A stretch of DNA of 64,000 nt from Dictyostelium discoideum (Eukaryota). Of the stretch, positions 11,516-26,549 are shown one piece after another. The stretch lies in NCBI GenBank assembly GCA_000004695.1, contig CM000151.3, positions 1,120,001 through 1,184,000 of the forward strand. Direction: 5' to 3'. The first letter of the stretch is position 1. Each line of letters opens with the position of its first letter. Position numbers and translations under genes: made by a program. The notes beneath the pieces were generated by a model. It was not told where the DNA came from, searched no databases, and saw only the letters and a list, made by a program, of their open reading frames with translations.

Positions 11516-12269
11516 TGGTGAGTAAATCTATATGTTCAAACTTTTCAATAAAAAAAAACAAATTACCTTTAATCAACTACCCCCAATTCATAAAAATAAA
11601 CTCCCACTAATCATTTTATGGCGCAATTAAATTTTTTTTTCAATCTGTCAGGATAATTATTTATATATAAATTATTATTTTATTATTTATTAATTTTTTT
11701 TTTTTTAACAATATATCAGGGTAAAAATAAAAAAAAATAAAAAAAAATAATTTAAAAAAAAAAATAATAATTAATAAAAAATAAAAAAAAAAAAAGTTAA
11801 TAACAGCAATAAGTTGTTCAGTGTGTGTTTAAAAAAAAAAAAAAAAAAGTAATGTTGAGTGTGATTCAACATTCTCCCACCATTAATAGTGATATACCGC
11901 TCTATAATTGTTATTATTATTTTTATTTTTACATTACTATTTTTGTTTTTTATTTTTATTTTTATTTTTATTAATAATAATATTGTTATTTTTTTAATTT
12001 TTAATATTGTTTAATTTTATTTTTTTATTTTTATTTATTTTTTACATAAAAAAATAAAAAAAATTAAATTAAACAATAAATGAATCTATTTTTTAAAAAA
12101 TTATTATAATTATTAGAAATAAATAAATTTTATTAATTTATTTTTTTTTTAATATTAATTTTTATTTGATTTGTTTTGATTTGATTTGATTAGATTTGAT
12201 TAGATTTTTTTTTTATTTTCAATGATTATAAATTATAATTAAAATTATTTGAAGGTATTAAACTAATAA

Positions 12270-15083
12270 TTATTTCTTGACATTTTTCTTTTTATTATTA
12301 TTGTTGTTGTTATTATTATTATTGTTATTATTATAATTATTATTATTTTGATTTTGATTTTGATTTATATTATTACAAATTGCTAATGATTTTTTAAAGA
12401 TTGAGTTTGTATCACTTTCATAATCAAAAACTCTAACCAATTTTGAAATTTTCTCCATTAAAGGAATATTATGTAAAATACTTTGATTTTTACTTTCAAT
12501 ATGAATATTTGTTAAAGATTCAGGAAGTGGTAATTGAATAGTTGGTTCACCACGAATTATTAATGTATGAATTGATGGTGGTAACCATTCTTTTGAAATT
12601 ATTGGTTGAATTAAATCCTCTTCTTCATCATCTTCTTCATTTGAATTATTATTATTATTATTATTACTATTATTATTATAATTATAATTATTACTATTAT
12701 TACTACTATATAAATATTTTTCCTGTTGTTTTTGTTGTAGTTGTTGATTATGATTAATTGCTTCTTGTAAAAATGGATGTTGGTGATTATTTGTATCTTC
12801 TTCTTCTTCTTCATTTTCTTGTTCTTCCTCAAGTTCATGTTCATGGTCATCTTGTATACTACCATCATTATTTTCAATTGAATGATCTAATTGTTGTTCA
12901 TTATCTTGTTGTTGTTGTTGTTGTTGTTTTTGTTGTTTTAATTGTTGTAATCTTTGTTGAGCAACTTGTTGTTGTATTTCTAATTGTTTTTGAGCTTGTA
13001 ATGCTTGTTCATTTTGTAATAATTGTTGTTGAGCGTATTGAGCTTGTTGTTCAACAAATATCTCATCAACAATTTCATAAGAGTCAATGAAAGAACGAAC
13101 AAAAGCACATTCTAAAATTAAGAGTGAAGATGGTAATGAATTTTTTAAGAATGGAGTACAAAATGATTTAACTCTTAATGATTTTAAAGTTGATGGTAAG
13201 GAACCAATTGGGATGACCGATGGTAAACAATCAAATTCGAGATTTGTAATTGATTGTGGTGGGAAACAGTTTGGTCCTAATTGATGATTGTAGGCACCAA
13301 TGAATTGAATTGATTTTAGGTTAACTAAATTCTTAAACATTTCTTGACAAATAGGTTTTTCATAACCTCTAAGTTTTAAATGAGTGATTTTTGAGCCCTT
13401 TTTACCAACCATGAAAACGTCAGGACCATCATGTTGTAAATTATTACCAGTGATAATTAATTTAGTAACATTGGATGGAATGTTAATTTCTTTATCCAAT
13501 ACATTTACAATGTTTAAATGTAACGATTCAACAGAACGTGGGAATGTTTCACGACTACTTGAAGATGAGAATGAATTTAAAATTGCACCAATGGTGGAAT
13601 CATCAGATGATAGACTTGGTAGATAATCACCACCACATCGCAACTTTTTAATATTTGAATTTGTACCCAAAGTTACATTCCTTTCTTGGGATCTAAATGA
13701 GAGCAATAGTGTACTTACATTGGATGGAATGTTGTAACCCAATTTCAATGGGAAAATGTATGAACTATTTTGATGAAATTCTAAATGAGTCAAAGAGTCT
13801 GGGAAAACACTTGGTGGTAATGGTTGATTATATCTTGGACCGAATATCATAGTTTTCAAGGAGGAAGGAATCACACCTATCACCAATGGTTGATTGAAAT
13901 GATTATCCAATGTTAATTTAGTCAATGTTGGGGGTAAACAACCAATAGTTAGAATTGGATTTTGTTGAGTACCCCCCAATTGTAACTCTGTCAACCCGAT
14001 TGGTAACGAGCCTATTGGTATGGGCAAACAAAATCTTTGGCCTAATTTCAAGGATTTTATGCCACTTGGTAATGAACCCACCTCAATCGGACGGAAATAC
14101 TCATTTCCAAAAGCCAACTCTGTCAATGACGATGGTAGTAATCCCGCTTCGAATGGTTGATTGAATTTACCACCAGTGTCCAATGAGGTAATTGCCCCGT
14201 CTATTGGCAGCAAGGGCACTATACCCAACTGGCCCTCCAATCTACCCTGCACTAATAACGGGTCGTTGAATGTGGAATTCAATTTCAAAGTTTTCAAATG
14301 TGATGGAATTGATTTGTACCCCAATTTAGTTGGAGATGAAATTGTAAGATTTGTAATGGAAGTTGGGAGAGAGCCTTCCTTAAATATAATTTTATTCAAG
14401 TGTCCTGACAACTCCAATGTGCTCACACCCACCGGCAATGACTTTATTGTCTTAATTAACTCCTCCTCATGTTGTTCATAACCAATTAAATGAACAGATC
14501 TTAAATAACCATAATATTTATAATCTGATAATGAGACGATACCACGAGAAACTTTACCAAAATAATTATGACCAAGATCTTGATGATAATGATTATGAAC
14601 TCTATGACAATTATGTTGTTGTTGTAAATCTGCACCGTTATCAATACAATTATTTAAATCTATACATTTAAAAACTCTCTTATCATAATGTAAATTATGA
14701 ATTCTAACATAACCTAATATTTTATCACGTACAACTTGATTTCTCCAAAGTTCAAAAAATTTACCACTTGTATATGCTGTCATATCTTTATTAAATTTCT
14801 TTGTTGTTTTTGCAATTAATTTATTTGCTTTCTTTTCACCACCTCTATCTATATCATTATTTATACCATTATTTATATTATTATTTATATTACTATTATT
14901 AATTTCATTATTATTATTGATGTTATTGGAATTATTGTTGTTAGCAATATTATTAGTAGTATTATTATTATTATTATTATTATTGGTATTATTAGTTGTA
15001 TTGTTATTTATATTTGCTTGATTATTTGGACTATTATTTATATTATTAACTACTGGTTGTTGAATCGAAATTGGTTGTTGCAT
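12270..15083 (-). CDS. FNIP-repeat protein (937 aa)
   Basis: Single ORF starting ATG 15083. It has at least 12 tandem ~22-aa repeats of the type 'FNQPL..G.LPSSLTELAFGNEYFRPIEVGSLPSGIKSLKLGQRF', the dictyostelid FNIP repeat. It has N-rich termini and a Q/E-rich coiled region. Confidence 0.8.
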   Translation of the reverse strand: MQQPISIQQPVVNNINNSPNNQANINNNTTNNTNNNNNNNNTTNNIANNNNSNNINNNNEINNSNINNNINNGINNDIDRGGEKKANKLIAKTTKKFNKDMTAYTSGKFFELWRNQVVRDKILGYVRIHNLHYDKRVFKCIDLNNCIDNGADLQQQHNCHRVHNHYHQDLGHNYFGKVSRGIVSLSDYKYYGYLRSVHLIGYEQHEEELIKTIKSLPVGVSTLELSGHLNKIIFKEGSLPTSITNLTISSPTKLGYKSIPSHLKTLKLNSTFNDPLLVQGRLEGQLGIVPLLPIDGAITSLDTGGKFNQPFEAGLLPSSLTELAFGNEYFRPIEVGSLPSGIKSLKLGQRFCLPIPIGSLPIGLTELQLGGTQQNPILTIGCLPPTLTKLTLDNHFNQPLVIGVIPSSLKTMIFGPRYNQPLPPSVFPDSLTHLEFHQNSSYIFPLKLGYNIPSNVSTLLLSFRSQERNVTLGTNSNIKKLRCGGDYLPSLSSDDSTIGAILNSFSSSSSRETFPRSVESLHLNIVNVLDKEINIPSNVTKLIITGNNLQHDGPDVFMVGKKGSKITHLKLRGYEKPICQEMFKNLVNLKSIQFIGAYNHQLGPNCFPPQSITNLEFDCLPSVIPIGSLPSTLKSLRVKSFCTPFLKNSLPSSLLILECAFVRSFIDSYEIVDEIFVEQQAQYAQQQLLQNEQALQAQKQLEIQQQVAQQRLQQLKQQKQQQQQQQDNEQQLDHSIENNDGSIQDDHEHELEEEQENEEEEEDTNNHQHPFLQEAINHNQQLQQKQQEKYLYSSNNSNNYNYNNNSNNNNNNNSNEEDDEEEDLIQPIISKEWLPPSIHTLIIRGEPTIQLPLPESLTNIHIESKNQSILHNIPLMEKISKLVRVFDYESDTNSIFKKSLAICNNINQNQNQNNNNYNNNNNNNNNNNNNKKKNVKK

Positions 15084-15150
15084 TTTTTCTTTTTTTCATA
15101 TACATGTAATATTTTATTATTATTTCTATATTTTTAATAAATATATAATG

Positions 15151-15336
15151 TATGTGATAGTGTGTTGAGTGTGTGTGTGTTTTAATGATTGTTTTTTAAA
15201 AAAAAATAAAAAAAAAATTGAATAGAATAAAAAAATAAAAAAATAATAATTAAAAAAAAAAAATTAATAAAAAAAAAAAAAACAAAAAAAAATACATCTT
15301 AAATGTGTGAGTGGAGTGTGTGGTTGTGTGTTTGAT
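15151..15336. promoter_or_regulatory. Two GT-rich G-box-like islands (tgtgatagtgtgttgagtgtgtgtgtg at 15151-15182; gtgtgagtggagtgtgtggttgtgtg at 15303-15336) upstream of the FNIP gene
   Basis: They are 60-260 bp upstream of ATG 15083 on the minus strand and read CA-rich on the coding strand. They are embedded in poly-A/T DNA. Confidence 0.35.
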
Positions 15337-15341
15337 TGAAA

Positions 15342-15376
<35 letters not shown>

Positions 15377-15747
15377 AATAATATATAAATAATTTTTTTA
15401 TTTTTCTTTTTCTTTTTTTTTTTTTTTTTTTATCCAATGGCAGTCACCCAAAATACACCTATTTTTATTTATTGGGTTCTATTTATAAACATTATGGATT
15501 TATCTGTGCCAATATTGGCCATATTAAAAAAAAATAAAAAAATAAAAATAAAAAAAATTTATTTTTAGAATTTTTAAGAAAATGAGGTTTTAAAAAAAAT
15601 TAAAATTAAAAAAATAAAATATTTAAAACAATTAATAATGATTTATATTATATTATAATTTATTTCTTTTTAATTTATTTCTTTTTAATAATTTTTTTAT
15701 TTTTTTTTTTTATTTTTTTTATTTTTATTTTATTTTTTTTTTTTTAT

Positions 15748-16914
15748 TTATTTTCCAATATAATTTTTACCAATATAATAAATTTCGGTTGATTCTGAAC
15801 GAGAAGCACCAGGTTTCATTGATTTTACAGAAATGAAATTTGATTCTAATAATTTAAAGAATTTTTTCTCTTCGCCACCTCTTGAAACTTTACAAACAAA
15901 TGTTCCACCCTTTTTTAAAGTTTTAAAAGCGAAAAATAATGCTAACCTTTGTAAATCTATTAAACGACTATGATCAACTTGTTGTAAACCAGAATATGAT
16001 GGAGCCATATCACTAACTACAACATCAACATAACAAGCAGACTTTTGTTTGAACATATTATCTATTGGTTGTTTTTGAAGATCACCATTACCACTACCAT
16101 TACCATTAGCACCACCATTTTCAATTAAATTTTGAATTTTTGAATCTGAATGAATTAATGAATGTTTGTATAATTTTAAATCATTTAAACTTTTAAATTT
16201 TGTTAATTCAAATATTTTATTTTGAGTTTCAGTTAAAGTGAAATCACCATGAATAAAGCAATCTTTATCTAATTGAAAATTTGAAGAAGTGTCAACAGAG
16301 ATTACTAGACCTCTATTGGTTACACGCTCTTGAATGTATTTACTCCAACCACCTGGTGCAGCACCTAAATCGACAACGATTTGACCTGGTTTGAATAACT
16401 GGATTTGTTCATCGATATTGATGATTTTATAAGCAGCTCTTGAGATTAAATCATTCTTTTGTGCCATTGCAACGTATGGGTCAGTCATTTGTCTCTTCAT
16501 CCAATCGTTCTTTACAATATTATTAGCCAAGCCTTTTGGCAAAATACCCGCACCGTTTTGGTGATTCTTTTTAGTGAATATTTGCTTTCTGTTTTTATTA
16601 TTACTAAAATTAATGTTATCCCTATTAACTGATAATCTCTTTCTAACCATCTCATCCTCCTCCATTGTCTTTTCTTTTAAATAAATTGTACTCTTTGGTA
16701 CTTGATGTTCAATACGATGTCTTTTTAAAAATTCAACTGCACTCTCATCTTTATCTTCAAAACCATTCATTATATTAACTATAATTTCATCTTTTTCAAT
16801 ATCATCTTTTTCAATATCATTATTATTATCCTTCTTTTCTTTTATAATTACTTCACTAGAGTATCTTTCCATTTTTGATGCTTTATTATTATTATTATTA
16901 TTAGTAGTAGTAGT

Positions 16915-16948
<34 letters not shown>

Positions 16949-17670
16949 AAGATTTCTTCATTATTCTTTTCTTTTATAATTACTTCACTTGAGTATCTAT
17001 CCATTTTTGATGCTTTTTTATTAGTTTTACCACTATTAAGCATAATTTCTTCATTTTCAAATTCATTATTATTTTTATCATTATTATTATCATTACTAGT
17101 AGTATTTATAACTACTCCACTTGAGGATCTATTAAATTTTGGAGCTTTTTTATTTAAATTATTTTTAGTTATTTCTTCATTTTCAAATTCATTGATGTTA
17201 TTATTATTACTCTTTACAATTACTTCAGTTGAGAATCTATTAAATGTTGGTACTTTTTTAGTATTATTATTATTATTATTATTATTTGGATTATTATTAT
17301 TATTATTATTTTTTGCAATCATTTCTTCAATTCCAAATTCATCTTCATCTTCAATATTATTATTTTTTTTATTCTTTTCTTTTATAATTACTTCACTTGA
17401 GAATCTATCTATTTTTGTATTTACTTTTTCAACTTTAATTGTATTTTTATCTTTATTTTCTTTACCTTCTATAGTTTTTTTTTTTAAAATAAAATGTTCT
17501 AAAATTTCATCGATTGAAAATTCACTAATTGGTGGTTTTTTTGTAAACTGTGTCTTGCTTTTTGATGATGATGCTAATGATCTATAACTACATATAGGTT
17601 TTATTATATTACTAGTATTAAGATGAACTAATCTTTTTAAAACTAATCTATTTGCTCTATTTGCTAACAT
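15748..17670 (-). CDS. Mitochondrial rRNA 2'-O-methyltransferase (FtsJ/RrmJ, MRM2-like) with a long N-terminal extension that contains tandem repeats
   Basis: The C-terminal 230 aa match the FtsJ family: '[37 protein letters not shown]' (SAM motif I), 'DVVVSDMAP' (motif IV) and 'GGTFVCKV...[21 protein letters not shown]'. The N-terminus '[17 protein letters not shown]..' looks like a mitochondrial presequence. The middle has five copies of 'K(A/V)xK(F/M)xR(F/Y)[10 protein letters not shown]' with matching ~120-bp DNA repeats across 16740-17450. Confidence 0.8.
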
Positions 17671-17997
17671 TTTTTGTGAAGAAAATTTAGATTGGAAAAA
17701 AAAAAAAAATTAAAAAATTAAAAAAAAAAAAAAAAAATTAAAAAAACGAATTCGTTTAAAAAAAAAAAAAATGAAAAATGAAAAAAAAAAAATAAATAAA
17801 ATAAATAATTCAAAAAAACAAACTATTAATAAAATAATATCTTGTTTAAAATATGTTGATATTTTTAAGATTTAACTTTATTTTTTAATTATTGATTTGA
17901 AAAATTCTTTTTTTTTTTTTATTTTTTGTTTTTTTTTTTTTTTTTTTTGTTGTTAATCATTTGATATTGTTTTTTTTTTTTTTTTTAATTATTTTCA

Positions 17998-21185
<3,188 letters not shown>

Positions 21186-21902
21186 TTAGTTCAATCTTTT
21201 TATTTGTTTTTTTTTTCTTTTTTATTTGTTTTTTTTTTTTTTTTTTTTTTTTGATTTTTTTATTTATTTTTTTTTTTTTTTTTTTACTTTTTAATACAAC
21301 ATTAAAAAAAAAAAAAAAAAAATAAATAATAAAAAAAAAAATAAAAAAAAAAAAATAAAAAATAAAAAAGTAAAAAAAAAAAAAATTAAAATTAAAATTA
21401 AAATTTTTTTTTTTTTTTTTTTGAATAATCCCTTTTCGAGCCTATTGACTTTTTTTTGACTCTCGTCCCAAAACGAATTTTTTTGATTGATCAAAAATTT
21501 CAAAGAAAAATAAAAAATAAAAAATAAATAAATAAAAAAAATAAAATAAAATAAATAAATCAAAAAAAATCAAAAAAAATAAAGAAAAAATAAAAAAAAA
21601 AAAAGATTAAAGTAAAAACAGAAACAGAAACAGAAAACAAAAAAATAATAAAAAAATTCAAATAAAGAAAAAAAAAAAAAAAACAAAAAAAAAAAAAGAA
21701 AAAAAAAAAAAAAAATTTTTTTTGTACCCGGACCGGAAGAAAATTTTTTTTTATTTTTTTTTTTATTTTTTTTTTAATTTTTTTTTTTATACAAAGAAAA
21801 AAACCCCCCTTAATATTTTTATTTTAAACAAAGGGGGCAAATTTAAAAAAAAAATTTTGGATTTTTTTTTTTTTTTTTTTTTGATTTTTTTTTTTTGATT
21901 TT

Positions 21903-21941
<39 letters not shown>

Positions 21942-22150
21942 TCCAATTTAATAATATACAATAAAATTTATAAATATAACTTTATTTATCTTCCCTCTTT
22001 GTTTCGTTCTTTTTTTTATAAAAAAAAAAAAAAAAAAAAAATTAAAAAAATAAAAAAAAAAAATTAAAAAACAAACCACTTATCCTTTTTTTTTTTTTCA
22101 CTTTATTTTTTTTTTTATTTTTAAAAAAAATATTTTATAAACCAAAACAA

Positions 22151-22183
22151 ATCACACAACCCCACATCCATCCACCCATCTAC
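22151..22183. promoter_or_regulatory. CA-rich island (cacacaaccccacatccatccacccatctaca) about 280 bp upstream of the gene starting at 22461
   Basis: A C/A-rich block inside >1.2 kb of near-pure A/T intergenic DNA. I interpret it as a candidate G-box/CAE element. Confidence 0.3.
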
Positions 22184-22460
22184 ATATAATTTTATTGTAC
22201 ATTTACACAAAAATAAAATAAAATAAAATAAATTAATATAAATACAGAAAGAGGATAAATAAATTTATTGTATATTAAATATAAAAAAAAAAAACTTATT
22301 GTATCATATAAAATCGAACTGTACTTTAAAAAAAAATAAAAAATAAAAAATAAAAAAATTAATCATTAATAAATATATAATAATACTTTATTAATAAAAT
22401 AAAATAAAATAAAATAAAATAAAATAAAACCGTACATATAAATAAATTTAATATAATAAA

Positions 22461-22977
22461 ATGGAAGAGGAATCATCACCACCATCAGTTAGAGTAAGTA
22501 AGATGTTTTTATTTTGTTTTTTTTATTTTTATTTTTTTTTATTTTTTTCCAGTATTAATAGATTATCAAAAATATAATTTCTAGAAATTACAAGAGAATT
22601 TTGAAGGACCTAAAGGTTCATCATCGTCATCACCATCATCATCACCATCATCATCATTTAGAAAAAGTAATAATAATACACCAGTTGGTGGTGGTAGTGG
22701 TTCAACAGATACAAGTAGTATTTCCAAAAAGGATGTTCAAGTTACAGTTGAGAAATTTTTGAAAGATGAAGTATTACCAAAAGGACATGCACCAGGTTCC
22801 ACTCATAAATCTGCTGTTGGAAAACCAGCACCAAATGAACTCGATAATAAAGCAAAACAAATTCCAAAATTCTCTGGAAATTCACATCCAGTTTATGGTT
22901 TAATGTTGGCTGGTAAACAACATGAAACCAGTTCCACTAAAAAGAAAATTGTAATTCCACCATCAAGTGCTTATTAA
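22461..22977 (+). CDS. Small Ser/Lys-rich hypothetical protein (about 142 aa); exons 22461..22493 and 22585..22977
   Basis: Exon 1 is 'ATG GAA GAG GAA TCA TCA CCA CCA TCA GTT AGA' followed directly by a GTAAGT donor. The acceptor is tttctAG at 22584. Exon 2 is open in frame from 22585 to TAA 22975-22977 ('KLQENFEGPKGSSSS...KFLKDEVLPKGHAPGSTHKSAVGKPAPNELDNKAKQIPKFSGNSHPVYGLMLAGKQHETSSTKKKIVIPPSSAY'). I recognise no domain confidently. Confidence 0.4.
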
Positions 22978-23093
22978 ATAATAAAAAAAAAAAAAAAAAA
23001 AAAAAAAAATAAAAATGAAAATAAAAATAAAAATAAAATAAATAAAATTGGAGTTTTGACATATGTATATATATTTAAATAAAATAAAAAATG

Positions 23094-23130
<37 letters not shown>

Positions 23131-23352
23131 AAAAAAGGAAATGTTTAATTTTGTGTAAAAAAAAAAAAAAAATATTTTTATTTTTATTTTATTATTTTTA
23201 TTAAAACAATTTTTTTATTTTTTATTTTATTTTATTTTTTTTATTAAAACAATTTTTTATTTTTTTATTTTCCATTTTTTATTTTAATCTCTTCAAATGA
23301 AAATATTAATATTTATTAATTAATAAAAAAAAATAATTAAATAAAAAAAAAA

Positions 23353-23857
23353 ATGTCAACAAATAATTCTACAGAGTCTTTTAATTTTCCTCCACCTCCA
23401 GAAAATTTAATAAATTATTCGAATAATGATACCTTAAATTTAAATAAAAAAAATACAACAACAACAACCACAACAAGTGAAAACTATAATAATAATAGAA
23501 ATAATAATAATATGAGACCTTCACCAACTCCAAATCAATCAAACTATAATAATTATACCAAAACAAATAATAATAATAATAATAATAATTATAATAATAA
23601 TTATAATAACATTAATGGTAACAATCCAACATATGCACAAATTCCCCCACCACAACCAATACCAATGCAACAAGATTCATTTTATGAGCAACCACCACCT
23701 GGTTATCATGGTGAAAATCCACAAGTATCCTCAATGGATAATTTCTTAGCAAAAGGAAAAGTGTACTCTGACCAAACAAAAAATAAAATTATTGAATTAA
23801 ATGGTAATTAATTTTAAATTTATTTAATTTTTTAAAAAAAATAATAATTATAACTAA

Positions 23858-23895
<38 letters not shown>

Positions 23896-24285
23896 GAACA
23901 ATATAAGGTTACAGAAACTGTTAAAAAAACAGCACATGACACAAAACCAAAGATTATTTCAGGCTTTAATTTTATGAAAACAAAAATTAATGATTTAATA
24001 GAAGGAAAGGGAACAAAAAATAGTGGTCCAGAATTTAATCCTGCATTGGTTACCACTAATAATAATCAACAACCTCAATATTATCCATCTCAACAACAAC
24101 AACAACAACCTCAATATTATCAATCTCAACAACAACAACAACAACAACAACATTTCTATCAACCTCAGCAATCTCAACAATTTAATCAAAACCAACAACA
24201 AACACCAATTATTCAAAAACAATACCAATCTCCTATTTCAGAACCAAGAAATTCTGAAAACTATTCAGTTGAACAACAAAATTAA
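23353..24285 (+). CDS. N/Q/P-rich hypothetical protein (about 280 aa); exons 23353..23803 and 23897..24285
   Basis: Exon 1 'MSTNNSTESFNFPPPPENL...QIPPPQPIPMQQDSFYEQPPPGYHGENPQVSSMDNFLAKGKVYSDQTKNKIIELNG', then a GTAATT donor at 23804. The acceptor is tttaatAG at 23895-23896. Exon 2 'EQYKVTETVKKTAHDTKPKIISGFNFMKTKINDLIEGKG...PQYYPSQQQQQQPQYYQSQ...' runs to TAA at 24285. The junction is phase 1 and consistent. Confidence 0.45.
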
Positions 24286-24875
24286 AATTAATATTTATTC
24301 AAAAATCAAATTCCATTTTAAGTTTTCTATTTTTTATTTAATTTTATTTAAATAAAAAAAAAAAAGGATAGGTTGGAATATTATTTATTTATTTTATAAA
24401 ACTGTTAATAAAAAAAAAAAAAAAAAAAACTCTTATTTTATTTTTCCCAAAAAAAACTTTTTGCTTAATTTTTTTTTTTTTTTCAAACATATTTTAACAT
24501 TAATAAATTATTTTATATTATTTATTATTTTTTAATTTTTTAATTTTTATTAAATTTGTTTTTCTTAAGAATAGGAAAAAAAAAAAAAAAAAAAAAAATT
24601 GATCAGATTTTACAGATAATTATAAGTAGATTTGAACTGTTTTTTAAAAAACAATTTATTTTTTTTTTTCCTTGAAGATATTTAAAATAAAAAAAACAAA
24701 AATAAAAATAAAAATAAATTTTAATTTTTTAAATTAAATTTAAAACGTTGTCTTTTTTTTTTTTTTTTTTTTTTTTAGTTTTTTATTTTTTATATATTTT
24801 TTATATATTTTTTATATATTTTTTTTTTTTTATTATTTTATATATTCATTTTTCATAAATTCAATTAAGATAGTC

Positions 24876-26424
24876 ATGGATGACAAAAATAATTATTTGT
24901 CATCATTAGATAATAATGAAGAAAATAATAGTAATAATAATAATTATAACAATAATAATAATAATAATAATAATAATGAACAACAACAACAACAACAACA
25001 ACAATTTTATCAACAAAGAAGAAATTCTTTAACATATATACCTAATAATATAATTGAAAATAACATCAACCACCACAACCACAATAATAATAATAATAAT
25101 AATATTAATAATGATAATAGTATTTTATATAGTAATGATAATACAACACTTACACAAAGAGAATATGCAGATGCAGATTATCCTTCAGAAGATGAACAAG
25201 AGGATGAAGAAGAAATAGATGGTACCATTTCAAAAGAAGTTGAAGAAACCATAACATTAATTGGTAAAGGTACAAATGTAATAATAGATAAAGGTAATAA
25301 TGAAAGTTTAATTTTAAATGTAAATGAAGATATATTAGCAACAACAACAACAACAACCACAACTAAAATAGAACATCGTCATCAAAAACCACAAGGAATG
25401 TGTTATGATGGTAGAAGGAATTATATCTTAATGGTTGATGCATTGGTTGCATTACTATTTGCACCAATTGTTTACTCAACTTATTATATACCAAATACAA
25501 CATTTTCACCATTTAAAGATAATGGTAATGGTGCCAGTGGTGTTAGTACTGGTGTTGGTAGTGGTGTTGATTCACCTAATGAAGAAATGAATGAGTTTTG
25601 GAAATATTGGTATTATAATATAGCATGGAGTAAATATGTATTATGGATGATTTGTATTATTTGTGGATTTGCATATGTTTCAATGATTACTGAGAAAAGA
25701 TCAGTACCATTTCATTGTCGTTATAAGAGACATCGTGACTTTTTTCAATTATTATTTGTTGGTACGATTTGGTTTGCAATTGGTGGACCTTCAAGAGCAT
25801 TATTTGGAAAGAATGACATTATCATCGGACTAGACGACCATATCACACAAAACACAACTCACGGCTACTCTGCAGAGGAGTCTTTCTTTTATAATTATTT
25901 CGGGTTCTTTATACCGTTTTTACTAGGTTTACACTTCACTTACCTTGATAGAAATTTATTCCTTCGTAGTGCTGGTGATAAATTTGGCACACCATCACTT
26001 TGGCGTACTTTCAAACCTTTAGAAATCATAGTACTTTGTCCAATAATTTTATTTATTTTAACAATGGCTGCCATTCATATTTATTTAATTGTATGTATCA
26101 CACACATAAAATACACATATAAAATATCATAATATAAATATATTAACTTTTTTTTTTTTTAAGATTCAAGATAAACTTTGGGAATATTTTGCAATTGCGT
26201 ATGGTTTATTTTTCTTTATATTAATTGGCGTTAGTTTATTGATAAAGTCAAGATACTATTTACATATTCATCACTACTTTATGTTTGGTTGTATGATACC
26301 TTTAACTGGATTTCAAACTATACTATCATTAATTTCTTTAGGTGCCGTTTCTGGTATTGCTGTAGAAGGTGTTAGCAGATGGTCAATGGGATTTTTATGG
26401 TACAGAGGTGAAAGAGTACTCTAA
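24876..26424 (+). CDS. Multipass membrane protein of unknown family (about 492 aa); exons 24876..26090 and 26164..26424
   Basis: N/Q-rich acidic N-terminus, then at least 6 predicted TM helices ('YILMVDALVALLFAPIVYSTYYI', 'VLWMICIICGFAYVSMI', 'FFQLLFVGTIWFAIGGP', 'FFIPFLLGLHFTYL', 'EIIVLCPIILFILTMAAIHIYLI'). GTATGT donor at 26091. Acceptor ttttAAG at 26163. Exon 2 'IQDKLWEYFAIAYGLFFFILIGVSLLIKSRYYLHIHHYFMFGCMIPLTGFQTILSLISLGAVSGIAVEGVSRWSMGFLWYRGERVL*' has a conserved-looking 'HIHHY' motif. Confidence 0.55.
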
Positions 26425-26549
26425 AAATAAAATTAAAAAAGAAAATAAAAAATAAAAAAATAAACAATAAAATAAATAATAAATAATAAATTTTAAATAC
26501 TGTCTCTCTCTAGAGAGAGTCTTGTATTCTTTATTTTATTTATTTTTTT

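Noticed and set aside
11169-11576. 135-aa minus-strand ORF in the intergenic spacer
   Set aside because: It is made of oligo-F/oligo-I from A/T homopolymers and a CA-repeat, with no coding-like composition. The region is better explained as promoter or spacer DNA with a CA-rich element.
12542-14481. Several + strand ORFs (71-110 aa) inside the FNIP gene and similar antisense ORFs inside other large genes (6121-6378, 35265-37623, 48211-49367)
   Set aside because: These are antisense reading frames of long sense ORFs whose protein products are strongly supported. They are typical in AT-biased coding DNA.
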